This document shows, piece after piece, positions 9,461-20,505 of a DNA stretch of 64,000 nt (positions within the stretch are counted from its first letter, which is position 1; each line of letters starts with the position of its first letter). This DNA is from Candidatus Bathyarchaeota archaeon (GTDB taxonomy: Archaea > Thermoproteota > Bathyarchaeia > Bathyarchaeales > Bathycorpusculaceae), in NCBI GenBank assembly GCA_963733095.1, contig CAVTBV010000007.1:32001-96000 (forward strand), given 5' to 3'. The translations under genes were made by a program, and so were the position numbers. The notes under the pieces are model-generated. The model did not search any database. It was not told the DNA's origin and was given only the letters and a program-made list of their open reading frames with translations.

Positions 9461-10492
9461 TTGAAACATAATTCATCGATATGTTTTGCAATAGTTGCTT
9501 TAATATTTGCTTCTATTTTGTTGCCCCTGGTCGCGGCTCATGCACCCTTGGGAACAGGTGATAACGAATCAATAGATAAGGCCGCTGTCATTCCAGACCC
9601 TACCAAGTCATGGGCTCTCTATTCCGTGTTAAACAAAGACGGTGATCCTCAATACTACACCTTTACGATCATTGCGGGCCAAACAATCCATGTAACCACG
9701 TATAAGTCCATGAGAGATAAAGACGTAACCTTTACCCCCAGACTGGTCATTATTGGACCAAACGTTACAACACAAGGGAATATCCCTTCAAAAATAACTG
9801 TGCCAACAGGCTTTAACGCTCAATTGATAAACCAGATCGCTCCCACGCCAACTTTTGAACCTTTCTCACCAGGCACATTTACAGGTTTAGCAGACACCAC
9901 CCTTGAGAACCCAACTCCAGGCAAATACTACCTTGTGGTCTTTGAGCAATCCGATACTCCAAAAGGCGGAAATTACGGTTTAGCCATCGGTGACCGAGAG
10001 ACATACACCATTGACGAATGGGTACTAATCCCCTTCAACCTCATGAACATCTACCAATGGGAAGGACAAAACCTCGCACTAATTCTAACACCCATGATCA
10101 CTTCAATAGTCGTTGGAATCATTCTTGTGGCTTGGCAACTAAGAAGACAATGCAACCTTGCAAACCCAATGGCTTGGCTAGGTGCTATAGCTGGTCTAAC
10201 ATTCATAGGCACTGCTTCCACAACGCTAAGCGAGCTAATTTCTTGTGCAACAAAAGTATCGGTTGGAGTAGAAGCTGTGATTACTCTCATCTTTGCACTC
10301 GTTCCCTTAGCCTTGGGGTTCGTTGCGCTTCGGCTGTCAATTAAGAACAGCCAAAAAGCAACCCTTCGAAAACGCATATACTTCTTAATCTTAGGTGTTG
10401 CAGCACTGTTCATTTGGGCTGGACTCATTGTGGGGCCAATACTTGCGATCATAACATCCGTAATGCCAACTATTCTGAGAAAGAAAAAATAA
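9461..10492 (+). CDS. Membrane protein with extracellular N-domain and C-terminal TMs
   Basis: Signal peptide ending AAH, soluble domain, about four hydrophobic helices. Confidence 0.8.
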   Translation: MKHNSSICFAIVALIFASILLPLVAAHAPLGTGDNESIDKAAVIPDPTKSWALYSVLNKDGDPQYYTFTIIAGQTIHVTTYKSMRDKDVTFTPRLVIIGPNVTTQGNIPSKITVPTGFNAQLINQIAPTPTFEPFSPGTFTGLADTTLENPTPGKYYLVVFEQSDTPKGGNYGLAIGDRETYTIDEWVLIPFNLMNIYQWEGQNLALILTPMITSIVVGIILVAWQLRRQCNLANPMAWLGAIAGLTFIGTASTTLSELISCATKVSVGVEAVITLIFALVPLALGFVALRLSIKNSQKATLRKRIYFLILGVAALFIWAGLIVGPILAIITSVMPTILRKKK

Positions 10493-10626
10493 TCAGGATT
10501 ATTGCACTGCTAACATATCTGAAAATAAAAAAGTAAATAGACACTGAATCATTGTATTGAAAGAGCTGCTATTAAAAGCGGCCTTATGACTTTACTGGAG
10601 AGTTAATGCTTTAGGAGAATATGTAG

Positions 10627-11364
10627 TTGCGTAGACGTTACAAAATATTGATAATTGTTCTGCTTGTTGCCTTAGTGATTTTCACAGGGTTTATTGTTTG
10701 GGCTGAAACCCCTCAATCGCCTATGAAGCAAGCCATCGACGCCTTAAAATCCGATTCAAACGTCACAGTGATAAACGGTCAATGGTTGACTTTTAAACCC
10801 ACAAATGCCAATTACACCACCGGCTTGATTATTTATCCTGGTGGAAGGGTAGATTACCGCTCATATGCACCGCTTGCTCATGCAATAGCTAATGAAGGAT
10901 ACTTAACAGTTATCGTGCCTATGCCTCTTAATTTAGCGGTCTTTGGAGCTAACGCAGCAAACGATGTAATCGCCTCTCACCCAGAGATTACCTCTTGGGC
11001 CATTGGAGGGCACTCTCTGGGAGGAACCATGGCTGCACAGTATACCTATCAGAACCCATCGAAAGTACAAGGGCTTGTACTCTGGGCGGCATATCCTGCA
11101 TCGGGAAATAACCTGTCAAAATACGATCTGTTAGTAACTACTGTCCACGGAAGTAACGATGGGTTGGTAAGTACTTCCCAAATACAGAATTCTCTGGAGA
11201 TGCTTCCCCCAACAACAGTTTATGTTGAAATAGCAGGAGGAAACCATGCGCAATTCGGATATTACGGCGATCAATCAGGAGACAATCCGGCGACAATAAC
11301 AAGAGAAGCCCAACAAAGCCAAACGTTAAACGCTACAGTAGAATTATTGCAGAAACTGAAGTAG
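10627..11364 (+). CDS. Membrane-anchored alpha/beta hydrolase
   Basis: YPGG, GGHSLGG, GSNDG, GGNHAQFG. Confidence 0.9.
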   Translation: MRRRYKILIIVLLVALVIFTGFIVWAETPQSPMKQAIDALKSDSNVTVINGQWLTFKPTNANYTTGLIIYPGGRVDYRSYAPLAHAIANEGYLTVIVPMPLNLAVFGANAANDVIASHPEITSWAIGGHSLGGTMAAQYTYQNPSKVQGLVLWAAYPASGNNLSKYDLLVTTVHGSNDGLVSTSQIQNSLEMLPPTTVYVEIAGGNHAQFGYYGDQSGDNPATITREAQQSQTLNATVELLQKLK

Positions 11365-11384
11365 CTTCAAGGGCAGGAATTCAT

Positions 11385-11934
11385 CTAAACATGCTTTGTT
11401 GACACGCTTGATTTTGAAGGCGAGAGTTCTACTTCTACGGCTACTTCGTTTCTGCGCATAAACCAAGGGGTAAAAGGTCCGTTATATCGCATTGTAAACA
11501 CTTGACCAACAGTTTCAATTTCTGCTTTAGTGAGCTCTTCCAGCATTTCTTTAGATTTCTTTTTGAATATTGAATTTGACCAACGACCTGAAAAACGCAG
11601 GGCATCAACAATTCTTTCAGGTATTTCAACGATTTTAACGCGTTCATCAAGTGGCTCAGGCGTGGTTTCAAGCGTTAACCCTTCAGGCATCACAAAAGCC
11701 AATGACTCAGATTCTGATAAGACAGGTGCAGTCATGGCTATTTGCTCCGAAACAACAGGAGCTGTCATCGCGATTTTTTGACTTTTGCCTATTATTACCT
11801 GTGATGAAACTAAAGAGAATATTGAAGCCGCCATCGCTATAACCATCAACCCTGGCGATCACCAAACTTGGGTAACGTCTAATCTCAACTTTGTTGATTT
11901 CTCTTAGAACTTCATATTTTGCCTGCTCGACCAT
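11385..11934 (-). pseudogene. SOUL heme-binding protein, frameshifted near 11775
   Basis: VEQAKYEV..EIRRYP, F.ILFSFITGNN, then IAMTAPV twice and RYNGPFTPWFMRRNEV. Extra base in an A-run. Confidence 0.85.
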
Positions 11935-12306
11935 AACCCTATACTATAAGCCCTCTGGATATATTGATTTTCTTGAGCGCATTAGTGTGGTTTCTCCATT
12001 TATTTTATGAATGGATTCTTCATCATTGCCGTTATTGATCTAATTTCAAGTCTTTTTCTGTAAGTGCTTAGGTTTCTAAGATTCTTCTTTTGTTATTTAT
12101 CTGATCGTTTACCTTTCAAAATCTAATCTGACATTGTTCGCTTTTAAGGAAGACAGGAGAACGCGGAAGTTTTTAATCTCGTACCTTCCTAATGATGAAA
12201 CAGTTCAATAACTCAAAAAAGACGCAAAAAAGTGTTAGTGTAAATCCGCAAATTAACAAATCCTTAACTATTGGTATAGTCTATATATAGTAAGAGATGA
12301 ATTTTT

Positions 12307-12723
12307 ATGGCAGATATAGTTGATACCGCAGTAGCGGCAGGTACATTCAAAACTCTTGTAGCGGCTGTAACAGCAGCAAATTTAGTTGACACATTAAAAG
12401 GCAAAGGTCCATTTACGGTTTTTGCACCAACTGATGATGCATTCGCAAAATTACCTAAAGGCACAGTTGATGGTCTATTGAAAGACATTCCAAAGTTGAC
12501 GGCTGTTCTAACATACCATGTCGTCGCTGGAAACGTTCCGGCAAGCGATGTAGTACAACATCCAAAACTAACAACGCTACAAGGTCAAGATCTAAAAGTC
12601 GACACTTCAAAATGGCATATGCACAAGAACGTGAAGATAAACGACGCCCAAATAGTTAAAGCAGACATTGCTGCAGACAACGGCGTTATCCATGTGATCG
12701 ACAAAGTTCTATTGCCAAAGTAG
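12307..12723 (+). CDS. Fasciclin (FAS1) domain protein
   Basis: [28 protein letters not shown]. Confidence 0.95.
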   Translation: MADIVDTAVAAGTFKTLVAAVTAANLVDTLKGKGPFTVFAPTDDAFAKLPKGTVDGLLKDIPKLTAVLTYHVVAGNVPASDVVQHPKLTTLQGQDLKVDTSKWHMHKNVKINDAQIVKADIAADNGVIHVIDKVLLPK

Positions 12724-12762
12724 AGTAAGGTAGAAATACCTTTTTTTTAATTATTTAGTCTA

Positions 12763-13769
12763 ATGGTGGCTTTTAGCTTGGAAGATATAGTAATAGACGA
12801 TAACCTGCATAAAACTTACGGAAAAAACGTAATTGCTGTAGACACATTTCATTTACGGTTAAGAAAGGAGAGATTTTCGGTTTCTTGGGCCCAAATGGGG
12901 CTGGCAAAAGCACAACCATTAAAATTCTCACAACATTGCTGGAAAAAACCTCTGGAAAAGCCACAATCGACGGACTAGACGTTGATGCTGATCAGGTAAA
13001 AGTTACCTGAATAATCGGTTACTCCTCACAGGAAGTAGGCGTAGATGACGATCTTACAGCACGAGAGAATCTTTTACTCCAATGCAGCTTTCACCACATC
13101 CCAAAAGAAAAAGCAAAAACAAAGGTAAACGAACTCCTGCAAACTATCCGTCTTGCTGAGGCTGCAGATCGACGATTGAAAACATTTTCTGGCGGAATGC
13201 GAAAACGTCTAGATTTAGCCTCATCCTTGGTCTCAGATCCAAAAATTCTGTTCTTGGATGAACCAACAACTGGATTAGTTCCTCAGAGTAGACAAGACAT
13301 CTGGGAGTACATAGTAAAACTGAATCGTGAAGGTATGACAATTTTTCTAACAACACAATACATGGAAGAGGCAGATCGGTTAGCTAGCCGATTATGCATA
13401 GTGGATCAAGGCAAGATCGTAGCCGAAGGAACACCCGCCGAACTCAAAGCACAAGTGGGAGAAGACAAGATCACACTACGCTTTAAAGCAGATGCTCTTG
13501 AAGGCTGCCAAAAAGCCAAGGAGTTGATGGCAAAATTGCAAGGAATCGAAGCAGTGGGTAAATGTGGAGACGGGTTAGCTGCTGAAAACGGCTTAACAAT
13601 AATGACCAAAAACGGCACCGCTTTAGTCACACAGGTAGTAAGAGCTTTAGATGGAGCCGGAATCAACGTGGAACAACTCAACCTTTCAGCTCCAACTCTT
13701 GACGAAGTCTTCCTAAAGCTCACAGGAAAAACCTTGAATGTGGTGGAACGCAAGCAAACAACAGGTTGA
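12763..13769 (+). pseudogene. ABC exporter ATPase (DrrA-like), disrupted
   Basis: Walker A GPNGAGKST reached only after a frameshift near 12844. In-frame TGA at 13008. FSGGM and LFLDEPT present. Confidence 0.88.
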
Positions 13770-13792
13770 TGGGGAAGAAGGAGAAGATAAAA

Positions 13793-14570
13793 ATGATAGA
13801 AATGCTATCCGAAATCGCAGCGATTTTCTCTCGTTGGAACAAGAAATTACTTCGCCAACCTATCTTGATCTTCTTTAACCTTATTCAACCGTTAGTATTG
13901 TTCTTGCTTTTTACACAAGCCTTCTCGGCGATCGGAAACATTCCTTAAGTTGCTTACAGGCTCTAGCAGTTATATTACTTTCTTCACTGCAGCAGTTATA
14001 ATACAAACAATAGCTTCTTCGGCACTTAACACCGGTCTTGGTTTGGTTAATGATTTTGATAGCGGTTTTATGGATAAAATGAGAGTAGCACCTATTAACA
14101 AATCCTCGATCTTGTTCGGCAGACTCTTCAGCAGCGCACTTACCGCAGTCATCCAAGTAGTCATAATATTAGGTATCGGTTTAGCCTTGGGAGTAAACAT
14201 GGCTTCGGGTATCGTAGGCGCGATAGTAATTTTCATTTTAGATGCCCTGTTTGGAATTGCCTGGTCGGGCGTATCCTTGTTTGTCGCTCTAAACACAAAG
14301 AACGCAGAAACCACACTATCAGTGGGTCTGTTGACCACCTTTCCATTGCTATTCTTGTCTGCATGAGTAATGCCAATCGCTCTACTTCCAAGTTGGGTAC
14401 AGCAAGTCGCAAACGTTAACCCCTTCATTTACATAGCTGAGGCGTTTCAATCACTCATCATAAATGGCTTAGTCTGGCAAAAAATAGAATACGCCCTAAT
14501 CGCAATATTCATCGTTGGTGTGCTAAGCTTAGGCGCCAGCATCTTATTGTTCAGACGAAAAGTATCATAG
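13793..14570 (+). pseudogene. ABC-2 type permease, disrupted
   Basis: Three consecutive hydrophobic fragments; stop/frameshift at 13946 and in-frame TGA at 14364; LPSWVQQVANVNP motif. Confidence 0.85.
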
Positions 14571-14633
14571 CTAAAACAAAAAGCCTACAAATTTCACTAA
14601 GCGTCTCAATTGACACAAAAAAAGAAAAGATGT

Positions 14634-14816
14634 TTAGAGTTTTTCAGGGGCGCATAGGTTTTCTGCTTTGGCGGCTGTTCGCATGCAGCCTTTGCAAATG
14701 TATTTTGCATCTTTCACAAGGGGCTTTATCTTCTCTCTTGTTACTTTGTCCTCTACCATTTTGCGGAGGTGTTTTTCATGACCTGGATGAGGTTGAGCTT
14801 TCGACAAATATAACAC
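14634..14816 (-). CDS. Small CxxC protein
   Basis: HPGHEKHL...LVKDAKYICKGCMRTAAKAENLCAP. Confidence 0.7.
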   Translation of the reverse strand: MLYLSKAQPHPGHEKHLRKMVEDKVTREKIKPLVKDAKYICKGCMRTAAKAENLCAPEKL

Positions 14817-14942
14817 CTAAATTATAAGAAAAGACTGTTGAATACAAATTTTCCACCTAAACCTTCCTCAGGTTCAGAGGCGACCGTTAGTCTAATTAAT
14901 GTAAAATACTAAAATAGAACAAGGAGAAAAGGAGGAATAACA

Positions 14943-15773
14943 ATAAATTACAAAGAAAGACAGGAAATAATTGCTAAATCCCCCATATCTCTTGGATACC
15001 TGAAAAAGTTCAACATAGGCGCAGGGACACTTCAGCTGATTAATGGCATTGTAATTCTAGCGTTGACTTTTCTTTTAACTTGGCCTAAAGGAACTGACAT
15101 CTACACCTTCTACCTAACATTCGCCCATGTTAGTCCAACAAACCCTGCAATTTTCGCAGCGCCAAACCCCCAAGTACTCTTCACTGTAACTCATCTGGGG
15201 CTGCTACTTGCTGCTTTCCCGCTGATCTCAGCACTCGCACATTTCACTATCGCTTTTCCAAAAAACAAAGCATATAACGAAAACCTCAAAAAAGGAATGA
15301 ACCCCTACCGATGGTACGAATACGCTTTTTCAAGTTCGATAATGATCTGGATAATAGCTACTTTTGTTGGAATCTGGGACTTCTGGTCGCTTGCAATGAT
15401 ATTTGTTTTGAACGCTATGATGATAATGTTTGGGTATCTTATGGAGTTGGTCAATCAGAAAACGGAGAAAACAAACTGGTCATCGTTTATTTTAGGATGC
15501 ATATCTGGCGGTTTTCCTTGGGTTGTCCTGTTTGCTTACTTCGGTGGCGCTGTAGCCTCAAGTGAGGGCAGTGTTCCAAACTTCGTTTATGTGATATTCG
15601 TTGTATATCTGGCGCTGTTCATGAGTTTCGCGGTCAACCAGGTTCTGCAGTACAAGGCTGTTGGGCGATGGAGAGATTATCTTTATGGCGAAAGAACCTA
15701 CATTGTTCTTAGTTTTGTAGCGAAAACTCTTCTGGTTTGGTTAGTGTTTATAGGGCTATTCAAACCCTTCTAA
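14943..15773 (+). CDS. Heliorhodopsin, apparent ATA start
   Basis: SALAHF, NPYRWYEY, QYKAVGRWRDYLYGERTYIVLSFVAK (retinal Lys). The frame extends 40 codons upstream of the track's TTG to include TM1. GGAGG lies 7 nt before ATA. Confidence 0.93.
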   Translation: MNYKERQEIIAKSPISLGYLKKFNIGAGTLQLINGIVILALTFLLTWPKGTDIYTFYLTFAHVSPTNPAIFAAPNPQVLFTVTHLGLLLAAFPLISALAHFTIAFPKNKAYNENLKKGMNPYRWYEYAFSSSIMIWIIATFVGIWDFWSLAMIFVLNAMMIMFGYLMELVNQKTEKTNWSSFILGCISGGFPWVVLFAYFGGAVASSEGSVPNFVYVIFVVYLALFMSFAVNQVLQYKAVGRWRDYLYGERTYIVLSFVAKTLLVWLVFIGLFKPF

Positions 15774-15844
15774 CCCCCATTTTCTTTTTCATACTAAAAT
15801 CATTATTCAATTGACCTTTAACAAACGTTCTTTACACCAAGTAT

Positions 15845-15891
15845 TGAGCGTTATCCTCATTTGCCGTTTGTTTGTTTAAACTGCATCTGAA
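15845..15891 (-). repeat. Fragment of the Zn-finger gene end (copies at 17214.. and 29872..)
   Basis: catttgccgtttgtttg(t/c)ttaaactgcat(c/g)tgaa shared with 17221..17254. Confidence 0.8.
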
Positions 15892-16050
15892 TGGTTGTAC
15901 CAGTTGTACTCAGTTAAGGAACACACTTACCGATTACAATATGGATCGTTCAATGTAAGCGCGATTACATGGGAGGAGTTAAAAAAAAAATATACGTTCA
16001 AGTGATTTTATGAGCGCAGCACGCTAATCTTGATTTCTTAAGGATGAAAA

Positions 16051-16502
16051 CTAAGTTAAGCCTTCAAGCGACTTCTTTACCAGCTGCTTGACGATTGTTT
16101 TGCTTATGACATCCTTCGCTACAGAACTAGAAAAGTCTAACCTGTCAAAATAAATTCTCAAACTCTTTATCTTTAAGTTTTCAAACACTAAAACCTCAGC
16201 CTGCTTCGAACAAGCTTTTTCCCCATCCATGAAACACTGCGTCTACAACAAATTCTTCAAAGAATGTATTGTCCTCAACCATTATCGTAACTGGCAGCCA
16301 ACTTAATCTCGGCAACATGCTTGAATAACCAATTGAACCATTTCTTCACGCCTTCTTTCCCAAATAGTTTTACGCTGAGAAGTTCAATTTCACAATCATC
16401 AGCAAACCTTTCAACAATCGTGGGCAGATCTTTGCTTTCCAAAGCTTTGTCAAGAACCATAGCTGCCTTACGTATCTCTTCAGATAAATCAACACTGTTC
16501 AA
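16051..16502 (-). pseudogene. SnoaL/NTF2-like protein with two frameshifts
   Basis: FADDCEI...GKEGVKKWF; the frame is restored by removing two single extra G bases, giving ...KIKSLRIYFDRL. Confidence 0.75.
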
Positions 16503-16584
16503 AATTAATCACCCTTCTTTCAGTAAAGAAGTTAGCGTACTCTGGTAAATGGGTTTTTGGGTTTAGAGCACGCAACATAATGGA

Positions 16585-17118
16585 TCAAGAACTTAAAGTC
16601 TCGATTAATTTCCTATACCGTTTGTTAGTGAAATTCCGATCGAATTCTATAAAATCGTCAAGCATTTTCTCCTGCTCTTTGGTAGAGAAATATTTCATAG
16701 AAGGATAAAAGAACAACTCATCTTCTTTCCGAATGTGTTTTGGATAGAGATCAATCAACGTTTTCAACAGGCTGATGATGCCACCAAGTGTCTCCGTTTT
16801 TCCTGCAACATAGTCTTCCTTTAGACTATCTAGGCTTTTCACCGTTTTTCTTGCTAAAGCATGCTCCATTACTAATTCAAGCATAATCTTTTGATCAATA
16901 TCTGATAGTTTCTTGCTTGAGAGCCCCTTAAAGAGGATGCCCTCTTCTTTACCATGATGATATCTATCTGCATAAGTTCTAAAAAAATCAACTGCAACAA
17001 CAATAAAGTTCGAGTCAATTTTTTCACTGACAACTATTCTTTTCATTTCTTTTTCTAAAAGTTTAACCATCTGCTCAATCAAACGATGCTCACTAATTAG
17101 AATCTCTACAGCCAACAT
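16585..17118 (-). CDS. Hemerythrin-like HHE domain protein
   Basis: EHRLI, YHHGKEE.ILF, EHALAR, HIRKEDELFF. Confidence 0.92.
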   Translation of the reverse strand: MLAVEILISEHRLIEQMVKLLEKEMKRIVVSEKIDSNFIVVAVDFFRTYADRYHHGKEEGILFKGLSSKKLSDIDQKIMLELVMEHALARKTVKSLDSLKEDYVAGKTETLGGIISLLKTLIDLYPKHIRKEDELFFYPSMKYFSTKEQEKMLDDFIEFDRNFTNKRYRKLIETLSS

Positions 17119-17213
17119 GACAAGAACACTCTTGTTAAGATAAGCACGTCGTAATGTTTTAAGGTTTTACAGCCCTGTTTGTCGGCTGGCCTCGAGACTA
17201 ACTATTACGGACA

Positions 17214-17357
17214 CTACTCCCATTTGCCGTTTGTTTGCTTAAACTGCATGTGAACCACACGGCAATCTTCACACCAAATCCTGTTCATCTTCGAAACCGG
17301 ACTTTCATGGGTGTCTTTGGTGTAGTGGCGGGTTTCTTTCTTGCAGACAGGACTCAT
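17214..17357 (-). pseudogene. Degenerate small Zn-finger gene
   Basis: MSPVCKKETRH...WCEDCRVVHMQFKQTNGKWE*. The first Cys appears lost; its 3' end is repeated elsewhere. Confidence 0.5.
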
Positions 17358-17422
17358 TAGCCATCCTGCAAAGTGCGCGTCAGCTTGTGTCAATAAAATG
17401 CACGCTATGTCTTAATCAGTAC

Positions 17423-17442
17423 GTGGGTTCAAATCAGTCCAC
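17423..17442 (+). repeat. tRNA T-arm remnant
   Basis: GTGGG-TTCAAAT-C(agt)CCAC. Confidence 0.45.
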
Positions 17443-17840
17443 TGCCTAATTGCCAGAATAACACAGGCTAAAACCTCAATCAAGAAGTTGTTTTGGTTCT
17501 CACCAAAATTAATTGGATTCGAACTAAAAATGGTTCAGGTCTCTACCGGACTTACCTTCAAACGTGTAGGAGCCAAGCCTTTGGGAGCCAATTTTATTTG
17601 TAATATTCAGCCTAATTTATCAACTCTCGGAACCCACGCGAAGATTTCTCAATTCTTAACCACTTTCAGCTTTTTGTTGAAAACAGTTTTTCCTGTTACT
17701 GCGTGTGTATTTTACCTCTTACAAATCATTTGGAAAAAGTCAAGTTTCTTCCACTGGTGACATCCAGCTTTCAAATCAGCCGTCCAATTTATATGCCTCA
17801 AGCCTAAAACAAAGCCAGTCATTCGAGGAGTAATTGATAG

Positions 17841-18622
17841 ATGAAGATTTTAATATGTGGCAAAGGCGGCAGCGGAAAAAGCACCGTTGCTTCTCTGTTA
17901 GCCAAGAACCTGCAAGTCGAAGGTTACCGCGTCTTAGTTGTTGATGCTGACGAATCAAACTATGGCCTCAGTGCTCAACTGGGTCTGGAAGCCCCCAAAG
18001 AGATCATGGAGCAACTTGGCGGTAAGAAGGCGGTGCAGGGCAAAATGGGTAGAGTTCTCGGTGATGGCCACAAAGCGCCGGTATTCACTGAGTTATGGCG
18101 CATAGAAGATATACCTTCTGAAAGCCTTGCAAGAAAAGACAGCCTGTATTTGGTGCAGATTGGAAAAGTCAAGCATTACGGGGAGGGATGTGCCTGTCCC
18201 ATGGGTGTGCTTTCCAAAGATTTTCTCAACCACCTAACCCTGGGGGCAAAGGATGTTGCTATCATTGACACTGAAGCAGGATAGAACATTTAGGCCGAGG
18301 CATAGCCGGCAGCGTAGACCTTATTCTCTGCGTTATTGATCCCTCTTATGAGTCGATTAGGCTGTCAGAAAAAATATCTGCCATGGCAAAAGAAAGCAAA
18401 AAACCCATACACTTCATAATCAACAAAGCAGAGGGAACCCTTGCAGAGAAAATGACTGTTAAAGTTGGCAAAGAAAAGGTTATCGGCATCGTAGCTTTCA
18501 GCCCATCCGTACAGGAAAAGGGACTACTCGGCCAAGCACTTGATGCCACCTCACTCAATATCGCAGCCGTCACTAGCTTTGTCCTCCACACTTTAAACGA
18601 AAAACAAACTCCTACTTCTTGA
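17841..18622 (+). pseudogene. cooC: CooC/AcsF-type nickel insertion ATPase, frameshifted near 18281
   Basis: GKGGSGKST, VDAD, GCAC. DTEAG-IEHLGRG is recovered by adding one A. Confidence 0.85.
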
Positions 18623-18670
18623 GGCTGAATTGATGAAAAGCCGCGAAGACCTTGCCGAGCCCTGTACTTG

Positions 18671-18998
18671 TTAATATTGTTAGGTAACTTCAGATTTTGT
18701 TTTTACAGTTCACTAAACTATTTCTTGCTAAAAGCAACCATTTTAGGGGTCTTTGGAGTGAAATAGGGCAAATTTTGGGCTTAATCTTGAAATATATCTT
18801 AATATCTAATTCAAATAATAGAATAATTGAGGCTGCAAAAGGCTCTGTCAACCAGCAAAATAAGGGTTTAGCATTTTTTCCTCTTCTCCTTCAAGTAGTT
18901 AAGAGCCTAAGCAACCCCCTTCTCAAATAAACCTTTAACACTCATAACGTGGGCTGGTCATTCTCTGTTTCATTCATAAAATTGTTTTAATTAGAAAT
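18671..18998. repeat. Non-coding repeat A, copy 1 (diverged)
   Basis: Colinear with 47867..48186 and 38444..38722. Confidence 0.9.
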
Positions 18999-19262
18999 AC
19001 CCAAACAATAGGGTAAAACATAAATTAGTGAGACGACAACTTCCCAAAAAGCCCATAAGAATCCCCATTTCAACTATGTAGACTTTACACAAAATAAAGC
19101 AAAACAATGATTTGGTAAAATGGTATTGGAAGGGGATCATAGCCCCAATTTACCAGTAAAAATGGGTGACGGGCTGCATTTTCCACGAGGTAAAGCTCTC
19201 TTGGCATTATTGGGTCCATTTTCAAAACTCTTAAGTCTGCGTAGCGTAGAAATAGGTTTAGT

Positions 19263-19829
19263 ATGACAAAGAGATCTGTAGCCTCCATTGTCATTGCCAA
19301 TTTCGTAATGGGTTTGTTTCTTTATCTTGCCAGCCAAGCAATACTCCTTCACCTTGCTTCAACTCAGCCCCATCTAACAATTACAGGAGTGAACATCGAC
19401 AAAATCGACATAGGCGCTGTAGCTTCTTCATCGCCTACGCCACTTATCATTACGCCATATCCTAATTTTCCATTCTACGTCCTGTGCCTTCCTCTGATAG
19501 CAAATGCCTATTTCATCATAAAAGTCCGCAGAAGCTCAACTATGGCAAAAAGATTCCCTGTTTTCATTAGCGCTGCAAATATCCTGATGAGTTTGTTTAT
19601 GTTTCTCTCCAGTCAAAGGGTTCTTCTGTCCCTTGTTGCTGTTCAGCAAAGTTACCAAGGAGTATTTGGAGTTAGTTTTTGGTCATTTTCTACAGCGGCT
19701 GTTTCCGTTGGCGGTTCACCTGTCCCACTGGTCGTTATTGTAAGACCAAACTTACCATCTTACGCCTTTCTACTTTTATTGATAGTAAATGCCTATTTCA
19801 TAATAAGACTTCAAAGAGCAAAAGATTAG
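19263..19829 (+). CDS. Membrane protein made of two homologous halves
   Basis: MTKR...PNFPFY...NAYFIIK and MAKR...PNLPSY...NAYFIIR. Confidence 0.75.
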   Translation: MTKRSVASIVIANFVMGLFLYLASQAILLHLASTQPHLTITGVNIDKIDIGAVASSSPTPLIITPYPNFPFYVLCLPLIANAYFIIKVRRSSTMAKRFPVFISAANILMSLFMFLSSQRVLLSLVAVQQSYQGVFGVSFWSFSTAAVSVGGSPVPLVVIVRPNLPSYAFLLLLIVNAYFIIRLQRAKD

Positions 19830-20036
19830 AAACTAAACGATTATGTTTGTCTTCTTCTATTCTGTTAGTGAGCGCTTAAACGTATGATTAGTAAGCTGAG
19901 AATTTCTTGAACTGATTTTCAAAAAAAGTTTGGGGATTTGCAATACTGTTTAAGATTTTCGTAATTGTGGTGCAATTGTGGAGAAGCTTTAAATCGAAGC
20001 TTTTTAGAGAATAAACTGTCTTCGAAGGTGAAAAAC

Positions 20037-20309
20037 TTGAGGAGGAATGATGCAATTTTACTCTTAGCAAGAATCCTTAATTCTTGTAGACCAACTGATG
20101 TGACTTTTATTTCTTTGAAAAAGTCAAATCCAAAAACGGATTATGCGTCAGAAGGCTATGAACTGCATTTTAAATGCGCTATAGATAACAATGCATTCGA
20201 GATCATGAATGGTATTATTGAATCAAATGATTTTGTTTTTAAGGATTATGATGGTCTTTTTATTATCTATACGCCCAAAAGAAGCGTGGATAACATTATA
20301 ATTGCTTAG
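20037..20309 (+). CDS. Small hypothetical protein, distant paralog of 1257..1475
   Basis: TTG after GAAGGTGA; LRRNDAILLL...YELHFKC...FIIYTP. Confidence 0.65.
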   Translation: MRRNDAILLLARILNSCRPTDVTFISLKKSNPKTDYASEGYELHFKCAIDNNAFEIMNGIIESNDFVFKDYDGLFIIYTPKRSVDNIIIA

Positions 20310-20505
20310 AGTATCTTTCAGGAGTTGTCTGAGATTATGTACTTAAGGTCTGAACATGTAGAATTAGATATCAACCTCTGTGAACCAGTGGTTTTAGTTA
20401 ATGTGAAAAACAAAATAGATAGTTTTCTAGAAATTTCTGTTTGTGTTAATAATTTTAGGCGAGATTGCAATATTAATTTGATTTTGAGGAAGGAGGACAT
20501 GATAT

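Noticed and set aside
13008-14366. TGA recoding (Sec/Trp) in the ABC genes
   Set aside because: The same genes also carry frameshifts, and TGA is used as a normal stop in many genes here.
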